Shown here: positions 23,767-35,000 of the stretch, piece after piece
Numbering within the stretch: the first letter of the stretch is position 1
How the letters are laid out: every line of letters begins with the position of its first letter
Assembly (NCBI GenBank): GCA_965240325.2
Contig: OZ251252.1
Coordinates: 558,001 to 622,000 of the forward strand
Direction: 5' to 3'
DNA length: 64,000 nt
From: Rebecca billardiae RCC1528
Taxonomy: Eukaryota; Protista; Haptophyta
Program-made: the position numbers and the translations under genes
The notes under the pieces: model-generated
What the model saw: the letters and a program-made list of their open reading frames with translations, nothing else
Databases searched by the model: none
Told to the model about the DNA's origin: nothing

Positions 23767-24543
23767 TCACGCGGCGCCCGCGGCGCCCGCCAGCGGCAGG
23801 TTGAGCGCATGCGCAAAGCAGGAGCGGCCAGTGGGGCCGACACGCTCGACCTCTCGGAGCACGCGCTCGTGCTCGTCGGCATGGGCGGCGCCGTTCAGCA
23901 CGTGCTGCCCGTCGACGACGAATGTCGGGATCGAGCTGATGCCCAGCTGCCGCACGAGCGCGAGCGTTGCCTCGATCTCTCCGCGGCCCTGCTCTGTCGC
24001 GAGGAACGCGAGCGCCTCCTCCTCCGGCAGGCCAGCGTGCTCCGCGGCGAGCTTGGCCAGCCGCGAGGCGTCGTTGAGGCGGTGCCCTTGGATGAAGTGC
24101 GCCACGTTCAGCGCGTCGTACAGCCGCTCCGACGCCTCGAGGCCGCGCGTGCGCGAGACGTGCTGCACGAGCCGGTGAGACTTGAGTGTGTTCGACGCGT
24201 GCCGGTCGAGGTCGATCGGCTCGGCGATCCCGGCCTCGAGCGCGCGCTCTTTGAGGCCGTGGCGCCGCTTCTGCGCCTCCCAGCCCGCACGCCCGCCCCA
24301 CTTGCGCTCGAGACGCGCGCGGTTCGTCTCGCTGAAGTCCTCGCTCTCCGGGTATTCCGGCTCGAGGAAGAACGGAACGCGCACAACGGACACGGCGAGC
24401 GGGCGCGTCGGATCGGCGGGGGCGCGCGCGATGCGCTCCATGGCCGTGCGCAGGTGCCACTTGCCGATGAACCCGTTTGGTCACATTGTATCGGAGACGA
24501 GCTCGACGATGACGCGCATCGCCCGAGCCCCTTTGGCAGCCAT
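23767..24543 (-). CDS. DsbA/FrnE-like thioredoxin-fold oxidoreductase, probable selenoprotein (Sec at TGA 24483-24481)
   Basis: ATG at 24543 gives MAAKGARAMRVIVELVSDTM[TGA]PNGFIGKWHLRTAMERI..., in frame with ORF 23767-24441 (VPFFLEP, SNTLKSHRLV, GISSIPTFVVDG). The TGA sits at the first Cys of the FrnE SDxxCPWCxIG motif, and a SECIS-like hairpin lies downstream. Confidence 0.85.
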
Positions 24544-24634
24544 GATGACGAGCACGGAGCACGCGCACTTTTTGTGATGCGGCCGCAGGCCGCATCTATC
24601 CAGCAAGCGTGGGGTGCGTACCCCCATACGTACC

Positions 24635-24689
24635 AATTCTATGATTTAAAGACACAGGCACGAGGGCGCAGCTCTCCTGATTCGTCTGT
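24635..24689. repeat. 55-bp dispersed repeat (probable element terminus); identical copy at 59615-59669, diverged inverted copy at 31488-31537
   Basis: AATTCTATGATTTAAAGACACAGGCACGAGGGCGCAGCTCTCCTGATTCGTCTGT is identical at both sites. Confidence 0.85.
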
Positions 24690-24947
24690 CGAAGTACTGA
24701 ATGGAGTTAATGGAGGATGTCGGAGCGCGTTGGCCGCGGGTGAGGGAGTCGTCGTAACCGATGCTGATCACACGGTCACTGAGGTAGTAGGCGCCCGGGG
24801 ATGCCGCTGTTTTGCAGTCGTCGTCGGCCTTGGTCATCATGTAGTTGCCCGCGTCGTCGTCGTCCGAGGCTGTTCAAGTTGATGCCGTAGTGCAGGTAGT
24901 GGATGTGGTCGCCCGGGCCGGTGTGCGCGGCCTAGTGGCCTTGCCGA

Positions 24948-25073
24948 GTTGAGGGAGTAGTCGCCCTTGCCGTTGAGGAAGTCGTCGTCCTTGCCGTTGA
25001 GGAAGTCGTCGCCCTGGCCGCAGAGGAAGTCGTCGCCCTTGCCGTTGAGGAAGTCGTCGTCCTGGCCGCTGAG
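24948..25073 (-). repeat. 24-bp tandem repeat (~5 copies) encoding G(K/Q)(G/D)DDFL(N/C), RTX-like, in a broken reading frame
   Basis: Unit ccttgccgttgaggaagtcgtcg(t/c). Translation: GQDDDFLN GKGDDFLC GQGDDFLN GKDDDFLN GKGDYSLN. Confidence 0.8.
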
Positions 25074-25649
25074 GGTGCCTGCGCTGCCCAACCGGGCGCG
25101 TCTGGCGCGCCAGCGCCGCGCGCGGCTCTACGCCAGCGACTGCGGCACGGCGGCAGCCAGGTCACGGGGGGGGTCGCCGAGGGACGCGGTGCGAGCCTGC
25201 TTGGCCGGCTTGGCGTCGCTCCCGCCAGCGGAGGAGGGCCCATCCTCCTCGTACCGTGTATGGATACGCCGTACGGGAGATTAGGGGGGTTCAAATAATC
25301 AAATGAGATGCACTACTTTACCTGTATGATGATAACGGCTCACGCAGAGCTATCATATCTGCTACACCTCTACGGTATGGCCAACCGGTTTTAATGAATT
25401 TATAATCTCATCGTACCACAGTGAAGCCACGCTCACGGCCGCACGGGTGCTGGTTTGATGAGGTTTCCGAAGCTCATTGGCGATTTTAGATGGCCCTGAC
25501 CACGGGCGGTACCGAATCGCAACCTTGGTCCAGCAGAGAATCTGAACTCGCGACTGGCGCAATTAAGTGCCCTACAGTACCGAAGATGCGTCGCTACTCG
25601 GACGGCCTAGGTCTGCACCCTCACCCACCTCTCGATCGGGCAAGGGGCA

Positions 25650-27860
25650 ATGGGCCGAGCAGGCGGCGCGGCGCTCTCAGCAGTCGAGATTAGCGCCGAG
25701 CTCGAGGCCAGTTTGAACGATGCGCGCGCCGTGCCCAACCTCGCTGCCCGCCGCTTCGCCATGCCTCTCCTCTTCACGGCCATCCTCCCCCTCGGCGTGT
25801 ACGTGGTCGACCTGATTGTCGTTGCGCACCAACGTGCCGTGCCGCTCTGGATGGCGAGTGTCGTGGACGACCACCTGTACGCTCGCGCGCAGGTGTACCG
25901 CTTCGTCGCGGCGCTTCTGTTCCCGCTCGCCGCCACGCTCCTACCGCCCTCCCACCTCTTCCTCGTGCGCATCCGCCTGCTCCTCGGCTCGTGCGCCTTT
26001 GCAATCGGAGCGGTGTTCACGTTCGTTCTGTGGCTTATGATCTCACGCGCGCCGCACGAGAGCCCCTCGCTCGCGATGCAGGCGTCCGTCGTCACACACG
26101 GGGTTGGAACAGTGCTCTTTTCCGCCGCCCTGTGCGCGAGCTGGCGCCGGCCGCGCCTCCTGCTCGAGCGCTTCCACAGCGCGTACGGCGTGTGGCTCGG
26201 TCTCGTGTGCGCGCGCGTATGCGCCGAGCACGCGCTGTGCCTGGGCGCGCCGCAGCTCGCGACGTCGATGGGGCTCGACGTGGTCGCTGCGAGACGCGCG
26301 TATGCACTCCGCCTGTCCACGTGCGCCGCGTCCCTGCTCGTCTCGGCGGCGTGCGTGCTGCCGCCCGTGCGCAACCGATGGCTGGCGTGCGTGATGCACC
26401 GCACGGGCACAAGTGGCACTCGCGCCGGGCTGGCGCCGCTGCTCGGCTTCGGGCTCGGGCTCGAGCTCGAGCCGCAGGAGCTCGTCGCCTGCACGCTCTC
26501 GCGTGTGCGCACGCACGTGCTGCACGACGTCGCCGCCACTGGCCTGTTCTCGCCGAGCGTCGAGCAGGCGAAGGCGGTTGCACTCGCGGCCCTGTCCCGC
26601 GACGGCACCGGCGCCTGCGGCGGCACGGCCGGCCATGGTGGCGCGCATCCGTGTGCGCCCCCGCCCGTCGGTCGCGCGCGAGCAGCTGCCATGGCTGCCA
26701 ACAGCTCGCTCCCCACCCTGTCCGCCCTCTCATCGCTCGGCGGCCGTGTGCGGTCCGCCCTGCACCGCGGTCCGGCCCCGGGAGCGGCCTCACCACCCAA
26801 GCACGCGCTGCCGCCGATGCCTGCCCGCCCGCCCGCCGCCGTGCCCGGCACAGCGCGCGCGGCCCCTAAGGCGCCGCACGCGTCCGACGCGCCCCAGGTG
26901 CCGCCGGCGGCGCCATGGGCACCGGGCCCTCCGCACGAACCCGACATCGACGCATCCGCCGTCGCCGCGCCGCCGATGCTCCGCCCCTCGCGCGCGCTGC
27001 GTGAGGTGAGCACCCCGCGCATCGATGCGTACGTGCTGCACTGCGCGCGCGATCCGTCGCAGCCCCGGCGACTCGCGCTGCTCGCGTGGGCCGCGAGCTT
27101 CGAGGCCCGCCACGGTCGGTGGCCGGTGATCGTACTCGACAGCGGCTGCCACGGGGCCGATCGAGACGATGCCTTCCACGCGCACCCGGACGCGCTCATC
27201 GCCGCCGAGGCTGCCGTGTGCTCACAGCGCGGCGCCCGCGCAGACGCGCGGCAACACAGCGGCGCCGCCAGCTACCGGCTCGCTCAGGTGCCCGTGCTGC
27301 TCGGCTGCAGCACACAGCTCGTCGTGCTCACCGGCCCGCGGCTGCTGCGGCTCGACATGCACATCCTGATGGTGCTGCACGTGTGGAGCGCGCTGGGCGG
27401 CGATCTCGACCACGTCCACTTCCTCCCGTCCGGCGTGAGCGCGCACAAGCTGCACCGGCTTGCGACGGCACTGGTCGGCGGCGTCGTCTCCGTGCTCCAC
27501 GCGCCGACGCCGCCGTCCCACGCGGAGGAGCGCGCGATCCTCGAAGCGGCCGAGCTGACCGGGCAGCTCGGCTTCGACGCGACGATCGCGGCCTATGCGC
27601 CGCGCGTGCTCGACGCGGCCGACAGGCTGCGCGCGCAAGGTGACGTCGACGACCAGAGCTCGAGCTCGGCAGCCTCGCCGCGCTCGCCGCTGCACGTGGC
27701 GTCACGCCTCACGGGGCTCTGGGCCGGGCGCCGTCACGGCATGCGTAGGCAGTGCGCGACGGTACACCCTGCGACGGCGGCTGACGCGGAGAGCGAGCCA
27801 GATTCCACGGGCATGCGCACGCGATGGCGCCCGGCACGTGCCGGGATGCAGACTGTTTGA
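25650..27860 (+). CDS. Multi-pass (~6 TM) membrane protein with degenerate C-terminal TIR-like domain
   Basis: About six hydrophobic segments and a Pro/Ala linker precede IDAYVLHCARD...LLAWAASFEARHGRWPVIVLDSGC...VPVLLGCSTQLVVLTGPRLLRL...VWSALGG. This follows the protist TIR-like pattern (F.SHSW.D / W.D..C / LP..L.GC..L..L.G..Y..RLWC..E), but the WCxxE is lost. Confidence 0.75.
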   Translation: MGRAGGAALSAVEISAELEASLNDARAVPNLAARRFAMPLLFTAILPLGVYVVDLIVVAHQRAVPLWMASVVDDHLYARAQVYRFVAALLFPLAATLLPPSHLFLVRIRLLLGSCAFAIGAVFTFVLWLMISRAPHESPSLAMQASVVTHGVGTVLFSAALCASWRRPRLLLERFHSAYGVWLGLVCARVCAEHALCLGAPQLATSMGLDVVAARRAYALRLSTCAASLLVSAACVLPPVRNRWLACVMHRTGTSGTRAGLAPLLGFGLGLELEPQELVACTLSRVRTHVLHDVAATGLFSPSVEQAKAVALAALSRDGTGACGGTAGHGGAHPCAPPPVGRARAAAMAANSSLPTLSALSSLGGRVRSALHRGPAPGAASPPKHALPPMPARPPAAVPGTARAAPKAPHASDAPQVPPAAPWAPGPPHEPDIDASAVAAPPMLRPSRALREVSTPRIDAYVLHCARDPSQPRRLALLAWAASFEARHGRWPVIVLDSGCHGADRDDAFHAHPDALIAAEAAVCSQRGARADARQHSGAASYRLAQVPVLLGCSTQLVVLTGPRLLRLDMHILMVLHVWSALGGDLDHVHFLPSGVSAHKLHRLATALVGGVVSVLHAPTPPSHAEERAILEAAELTGQLGFDATIAAYAPRVLDAADRLRAQGDVDDQSSSSAASPRSPLHVASRLTGLWAGRRHGMRRQCATVHPATAADAESEPDSTGMRTRWRPARAGMQTV

Positions 27861-28005
27861 GGGAGCTCAGCTGGCAGCGGCGTTTCCGCCAGCAGTAGCG
27901 TAGCGAGCGCGCAGGCGGCGGCGCCGTGGCACGGGCACCGCACGAGCCAAAGGCGGCTCGGCATCAACGTCAGACCCAGCCTCATAGTCAGTTATGCAAT
28001 AATAT

Positions 28006-29499
28006 TGTTAGACTGAAGAAGAAGCGTGGGTGCTCCCTACCGCGCGTGTGGGCGATAGGTCCACCGGAAGCGACCAGGCGGGCTAAGGACGGCCCCGGAG
28101 GGGCGAGGCGGACGGGGTCACATCATCGGATGATGAGTCAGCCCCAGAGGCCAGAGGCTGGAGTACTCCGGCTCGGGGCTTGGGGCTGCCGAGATAGTAG
28201 TGAGATCGTGCCTCCGCCGGTGGCGTGCGGGTAGATGCGGAAACTTACCCGCGACTCCTGTGGAACGGTGTCACCGAGGACTGGTGCCCAGTCTGACACT
28301 CCTCCTCACCGACCACAGCGAGGTGCGGTGCCTGAGTGCGCGTGCGCGTGTGCGTAAGTGTGAGTGGGCGCGTAAGGCGAGCGTGCGTGTGCGTGCCCGA
28401 CTGTCTAGCTGCCAAGCTGTCCGGAAGCTGCGAATCGCAGCAGCGATCGAGGGACGTCTGGAGTTGCTCGCGAATCCGTCCGAGCAGTCGTACTCCAGTG
28501 AATGGACGCCTGCCGAGCTGGCTGACCAGGCTCGGGCTCGGCTCGGGCGTCGACGGGGGCGTGGTGCCCCAGGCAGTTGATCGAGCGATCGTGTGGTCGT
28601 GCCAGCTGCTGTGGACTTACCGAGATCCACCTGCCTGCTCCTCCTCGATGGGTCGCGTCGACGGCGACGGTGCACCACCGCGTGTGGGCTGGTGCAATGG
28701 GACATGGACTGGTCTCACGCGTAGAACCTTGTGTCGGCTTCGGCCGCAGAATGACGCTGCCTCGCAACCGCGTGTCACGAAGAAGCTGCACATAGCGAGC
28801 GCGGAGATGATCGAGCGGCGCGCGGTGTCGATCGACGTGATCGTATCCGCTGTCGCCTAGTGAACGCGTAGATCGCGCCTCATCTCCTCCTTGCAAGCTG
28901 CTCGGCCATCTTGGCGGTCGAGGGCTGCATTCATGAAGTCAATCGACTTGGCCGTCGAGACTCCTCCTGCATCTGAGCAGGGCGTGCGACTCGGCGCACG
29001 ATGACGACGCGAATGTCGTCGGAATGAGGTACGTCAACACCTCCTCCTTGAAGGCTGCCGCGGTTGGGCTAGCCTGCCTTGGACCATCCGACTTGGATGT
29101 GAATCGTCTCGCGAGCTCGCAACGCGCGATGCGCGCGAGCGCGTTCCTTGCGCCAGCGAGGTCGGGTCCGGTAACGAGCGCGTCTCGTTGCTGACTCCGA
29201 TACCATGTTAGACTGAAGAAGAAGCGTGGGTGCTCCCTACCGCGCGTGTGGGCGATAGGTCCACCGGAAGCGACCAGGCGGGCTAAGGACGGCCCCGGAG
29301 GGGCGAGGCGGACGGGGTCAACATCATCGGATGATGAGTCAGCCCCAGAGGCCAGAGGCTGGAGTACTCCGGCTCGGGGCTTGGGGCTGCCGAGATAGTA
29401 GTGAGATCGTGCCTCCGCCGGTGGCGTGCGGGTAGATGCGGAAACTTACCCGCGACTCCTGTGGAACGGTGTCACCGAGGACTGGTGCCCAGTCTGACA
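28006..29499 (-). mobile_element. Complete non-autonomous LTR retrotransposon (TRIM-like), 1494 bp
   Basis: LTRs at 28006-28298 and 29206-29499 (TG...CA; only a 1-bp indel noticed). TSD AATAT at 28001-28005 and 29500-29504. PBS TGGTATCGGAG (tRNA-iMet-like) at 29205-29195 and PPT GAGGAGGAG at 28307-28299. The ~0.9-kb interior has no pol. Confidence 0.95.
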
Positions 29500-30129
29500 A
29501 ATATATTAATATATATATATATAATATATATTAATATATTAATATATATATACTACTATGAATAGTTCGGAATTATATCATGCATATCATATATATCACC
29601 TGTCTGGTAACTGATGGCGATGCTGCGGTCCGTAGAGACGGTAGAGAGTTTAAGCTGATGAAGCTACTCATATTCTATACCACGACGCCACTAGTATCGT
29701 CAGGGCCGTGCTGAGGGGCCGTGCCGCCGCACCGTGCCGCACCGGTATGGCTTGCCGCGGGTACGTAGCCGCCAACTGGTCGGAACGGCGGCGCGGATTC
29801 ACTCGTCCGCGTACTCTCGAGTCTCGCGACTCGAGTACGTACGCGTCAGTCTCAGAGTCGCTCTCGGGAGGGGGGGGGGGCTTTTTTTTTGGGCGACCCC
29901 TTCAGGCGCACGACTGCAGCTGTCGTACTCGAGTAGTCCGCGCGGAACTTAATACTCGGGTGCGCCCCGCGTGGCGGGCGGGGGGGTCGGCGGGCCGTGC
30001 CAGTGCTGTCGCAATGTTTCCTCTGCGCGGGTTCGCGTCTTTCCACATTCGCTCGTGGCCGTGGGTGACGGACAGTCGGACCAGTGACACCTGAAGTTCT
30101 CCCACTGGCACTCACGTGTACACGTCCGG

Positions 30130-30800
30130 CGTGCGCATCCGATTAGCGAGGCCCACACCCACGAGGGAATGTGCAGCACGCGGGGCGGGGCGGGTAGCCC
30201 GTTGCTCCGCGCGAGCGCGGGTACGCGCTGTATGTGCCGCATCTCGACCGCGATGGCGTAATCGAGCGCCTCGCCGCCGACGAAGCCGCCAGAGTAGATC
30301 ATGTGCATGTCCTCCTGCCGCCAGCCGAGAGCGGTCGTCGCGAGGATGCTTGCCGATGTCCGCTCCGGGCATGATGGGCTCGGCGCAGGGCGCGTTGACG
30401 TCGTACACGAACGCCACGCTGAGCACGAGCGCGTTGACGTTCAGGCGGTCGTCGCTCTTCGCCTCTTCGACAGGTCTGGCGCCCGCGTGTTCGGCGGCAC
30501 GAGGAGCTGTTGGTTGTGCGCGCGCGCGCGCACAGCGACAGCGTGTGCCACTCGCGATCGAGAGTGGGCACGAGCTGCTCACGCGGGCACACGAATCGCA
30601 GCGCATCCGTCACCGGCGTGACGACTTCCGCCTCGTCCCGCAGCGCCTGCGCCATGGACGAGGATGGCGCGGCGATGTTGCATGCTCGACGTTTCATCTC
30701 TCTGCGGATGGCATCACGGGCTTGTCTGTGTCGCGCTGTGGCGGCAAGGGTCGCCAACTCGCGAAGACACAGTTGCTGCCACGGCGACAGACCCGGGAGG
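30130..30800 (-). pseudogene. Frameshifted coding remnant, possibly a Ulp1/C48-like peptidase fragment of a transposon
   Basis: Coding-like blocks in different frames (SVAFVYDVNAP; LGWRQEDMHMIYSGGFVGGEALDYAIAVEM...RVLHIPSWVWASLI). No catalytic triad seen. Confidence 0.3.
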
Positions 30801-32064
30801 TGCGTCCGCTGCGCGTCGTATGCCGTTGGCGCTGCGCTTCCGTCGCATTGGTCACCGTCGACGCCATGCACGGCGGACGTGGGCTTCGGCTGAGGGACCG
30901 GACCGCGAGCAATGACTGAGTCCGGTGCGCGGATTCCGGCGATCGAGTTCAGAAGGCCGCGCCAAATCTTGCGTCGCGTGCGATGGCGCTTCCCGCCCGC
31001 GAGACACCTCGTGATGAGGGCCTTTCCGCACCGAGCCCGACGCGCGACGGTGGATCGCGCGAGGTGGTTGTCGTGCGCAGTGCTTGATGCCATGGCCGTG
31101 CGAGCGCTCGACGTGCAAGTCAGGCGAGGACCGCCCCAGGTCGCACGATCGTGTCGACGCGCCGAGCGTACCTCCAAACGCGTCGACTTTGGCCCCCGTT
31201 CGACCTGCACGCGAGACGACGAGGGCAGCAATCGCGAATCGGGCGAAAACTCGTCTAGGGAATCCTCGCGCGATGTCCCCGCCGGCGTTGGATCTGGCGC
31301 GCGCGGCCCACGCGCTCCGCGCCGTGACGCACTCGCTTTTCGGCCGAGCGTCCCCAGTGGTCAGAGCTGCGAGGGTGCCCGGTGGTGAGCGACGCGATTT
31401 TCTTTTCTTTGCGAGGCGATTTTCTTTTTTCTTTTTCTTTTTCTTATCTTTTTCCCGGGCACTACCTACCGGGGCGGACCTACCGGTAATCAGGAGACCC
31501 GCGTCGTCCGCCTACCTGCGTCGTTAAATCATAGAATAATGGGTACGGCCCGCACCGTATGACCATTCATGAAAGGGAACGAATATTCGGCTGTATGATG
31601 ATCGCAAAGCGCGGAGCAACCCCACTTTTGATGACGATGCGCGGCCAAGGGGCAAGGGCAAATACAAGGGGGTTCACTTGATGCGGCCGCATCACAGGAT
31701 CAAGGCGGCTTGATAATGAACAGGATTCACAGCGTTGGCGGCGGTACAAATCACAGCAAGATTCATCAGCAATCGAAGAGGTTCGAAGGTCAGGAGCCTT
31801 GCGACTTCCAGACTATCACGGTGCGCGCGCCCATTGGGCCAACGACGACGACAGGGGATTATAATTGGTCCGGGGCAGGCGCGCAAGAGAATCCGACTGA
31901 ATCTAGGATCCGAAACGTGTTAAATGAGTTGCACTGAACAGCAAAGCCTGAAAGGCAAGCCTTCCTTGCCCGCTCTTTCCGCCGGACGAGGACTTTCCTT
32001 AGCTTTTCACGCTCAGGGTGCGACGATAAGATGGGAGCGTAGGCGTGCCCTGTCCTGGAGGCGC

Positions 32065-35000
32065 ATGTCCCGGGCCGGATCGCCCCTCGCCATTGTGCTG
32101 GCGTGGGCGGCGCTCGCCGGGTGTACGAGCGCGGCGTCGGGCGTGGGCGAGCTTCGCGTGGGCCCGACGACGTTTGCCGCCGCCTTCTTTGATTTCAGCG
32201 CGGCGGGCGCGCGCGTGCGCGGGCCGCTCGTGCTCGTCGGCCAGGCCAACCTCACGACCGAGGTGGATGGCGTGCGGCGCTGCCCGCCCGCATGGACGGG
32301 CGCCTCGCCGCCCGAGCAGGTACTGGCGGGTGCGCTCGTCGTGCACGTCGACCCGAGCGTCGCCTGCTCGCCCGAGCAGACGGCGCGCGCGATGCGAGCG
32401 CACGGCGCCGCCGCCTGGCTGAGCTTCCGGACCGCGGTCGCGCGCGCCGACGGCGTGCCGGGCGAGGAGAGCGGCGAGTGGCGACCCGGCGACGCGCGCT
32501 CGCTCGACATGCCGAGCGCGGACATCTCGGGCGCCGACACCGAGCGCCTGCTCATCGCCCGCCTCCGCGCCGCCGTGCCGCCGCCGCACGCCGAGCTGGC
32601 GACGACGCCGCCCGGGGCGCCTGGCGCCGCGCGGCGCATGCTCACCGGCGCGCTCGCGTGGAGATGGCCGCTGTGGCTCGTGCGCGCGCTGCTGCTGGTG
32701 CTGCCCGCGTGCCTGCTCGTCGCGGAGAAGCTGGTCATGCGCATCGGCACCCTCTTCGACTGGGCCACGCCTCGCGCGCGCGTGTGCCCGCACGGCGCGC
32801 TGCGGATGGCGGCGGTGGCGACTGCGCTCTGCGCGCTGCGCTCGGTGTGCCGGCCGAGTCGCGTGCTGCCGATGCCGGCGCGCGTGCTCGGGGCCTCGCT
32901 CGAGCACGCGTGCGTCGCGATCGCCATCACCCTCTTCAGCTGCCACTTCCTGCGCACCGCGCGCACCGCCGGCCTCCCGCCCGCGCCGATGCGGGCCTCG
33001 TCCCTCGCCGTGAAGCTTGCGGGCGCGCTGACGATCGGGCTGGCGCTGTGCGCGGTCGGCGTGGCGGCGACGGCGTTCCACTCGGCGTGGGACGAGGAGC
33101 TGCGCGACCTGCACCGCACGCTCACCCACGCCGTCCTCCCCGTCGCCGAGCTCACCGTCTTCGCCCTCGCGCACCTGTCTGTGCGACTGCTCGCCGGGTG
33201 CGCGGGTGTCCCCTTCAGTCCCCTCTTCTACCGGATCGGCACGCACGTGCGCGCGGCGGTGGTGCTCAGCGCGCTCGCGACGGCGGCGGACGTGGCGCAC
33301 GCGTACTACGGCCGGGGCCCGTGGCGCGCGCTCGCGTTCGCCACCGTCGCCGACCTCGCCAACCTCGGCGTGCTGTACACGATTGCAGACGCGCTCGCGG
33401 GCGTGCACTACCCGTCGCGCGTCGGGCCTTTGCACCGAGCGCTGCGCGCGCTGAGGAGGCGGAGCGCGGCGTCGGGCGCGCAGGAGTGCGCGCAGGGGCG
33501 GCTCCGGCTGGCGAGCGCGGCGTCGAGGGTACGCGGCCGGCTCAGCCTCCGCGGCCGTCCGCACGCGCGCAGAGCGATGCTGGCCGACCAGTTGGAGCGT
33601 GGCGCCGCGGGCGGCACCTCCTGTCCCACCTCCTCCGCCGCGCAGCTCGAGCTCGCGGCGGTGGCGGAGGGTGGGCGGGGGCCGGGGGCGGGCTCGGCGG
33701 AGGCGGGGGCGCTCGCCGGGTCGGTGCGCGCGGCGCAGCCCGAGCAGCAGCAGCCGGCGGAGCTCGGGGCAGGAGCGGCCTACCCCGCGGCCGACGCGCG
33801 GCCGACGCAGTCGCAGCCGCAGTCGCCGCAGCAGCAGCAGCAGCCGCTGCCGCGGCCGGAGCGGCAGCCGCAGCCGCCGGTGGCACAGCCGCCGGAGCCA
33901 GCGGTGCTACCGGAGGCGGAGCAGGCGGACGAGGAGGCGGCCGTGCACCTGCCGCCGCACCTGCACCTCGGCGTCAGCCTCGTCTTCCTACGAGACTTTG
34001 CGCGGCGGTACGGCTTTGCAGAGGACGCGTCGTCGCACGCGATGCGCGAGCTCGTGTGTGCCATCACGCGCAGCTCGCTGCGCTCGATGGCGGAGTGCCT
34101 GATCGAGGACCGGCTGCCAGGGGGCGAGCCCGTCGTGGGGATCGCGACGGTCTTCGTCTCGCACGCGCACCAGTGCGGCTACCGCCGCATGCTCGACGCG
34201 GTCGACTCGTACGTGCAGATGCACGCGCTCGACCCGCGCCGCACGTACGTGTGGCTCGACATCTTCTCGATCAGGTGCGGAGCCCGAGCCCTGATACCCT
34301 CGCCCTCACCCGAACCTACGCGCCGGGCGCGGGCTGCGCCGGGTGTGGACCGGAGGGCCGCGTGGACTGGGTGGGGGCCGCGCCGAGTGCGGGGGCAGCA
34401 TGCTCGCGCGCGCGCACTGGCACGCCGCGACGCGCGCGCGCGCGCTGTCGCGCCGTCGCGCCGGGGCAAGGCAGCCAGGCGGGACGGGGCGGGGCGGGGC
34501 GAATGCGGCTTGCCGGCTCACTCGGAAGTCGCGACGGCGCGCGGCCGCGCGCTCGAGCCCGCCCGCGCGGCCTGGCCCCGCCGACCGTGCCGCGCCCCGC
34601 CCGCCCTCACGCCGCCCGACCGCGCGCCCTCCCGCGCCGTGGCCCGCGCCCCACAGGCAGCACATGGTGCAGTACGACATCGCGCTGGTTGGCCACGTGG
34701 AGCACTCGATCGGCCGCGTGGTGATGGTGCTCGACCCGTGGGATAAGCCCGTCTGCCTCAGCCGCGTGTGGTGCGCCGCGCCGCCCGCCAGCCGCGCCGC
34801 CCGCTGCCCGCCACGCCGCTTGCAGCTCACTCACCATCGCACCGCGCGCGCGCGCGCCGTCTCCCCCGCTCTCTCCCTCTCTCTCTCTCGCGCGCGCGCG
34901 CACCGCTGCCGCCGCTGCCTGTGCGCAGGTGTCTCTACGAGCTGGTGCACTCGCTGCACCCGGAGGTGGACCTCGACCTCACGGTGCCGCCTGCAGAGCG

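Noticed and set aside
24481-24483. DsbA pseudogene caused by a premature stop
   Set aside because: The stop is TGA exactly at the catalytic Cys column, the rest of the frame is intact, and a SECIS-like hairpin follows.
24948-25073. CRISPR array
   Set aside because: Contiguous 24-bp tandem units with no unique spacers, no cas genes, and a eukaryotic context.
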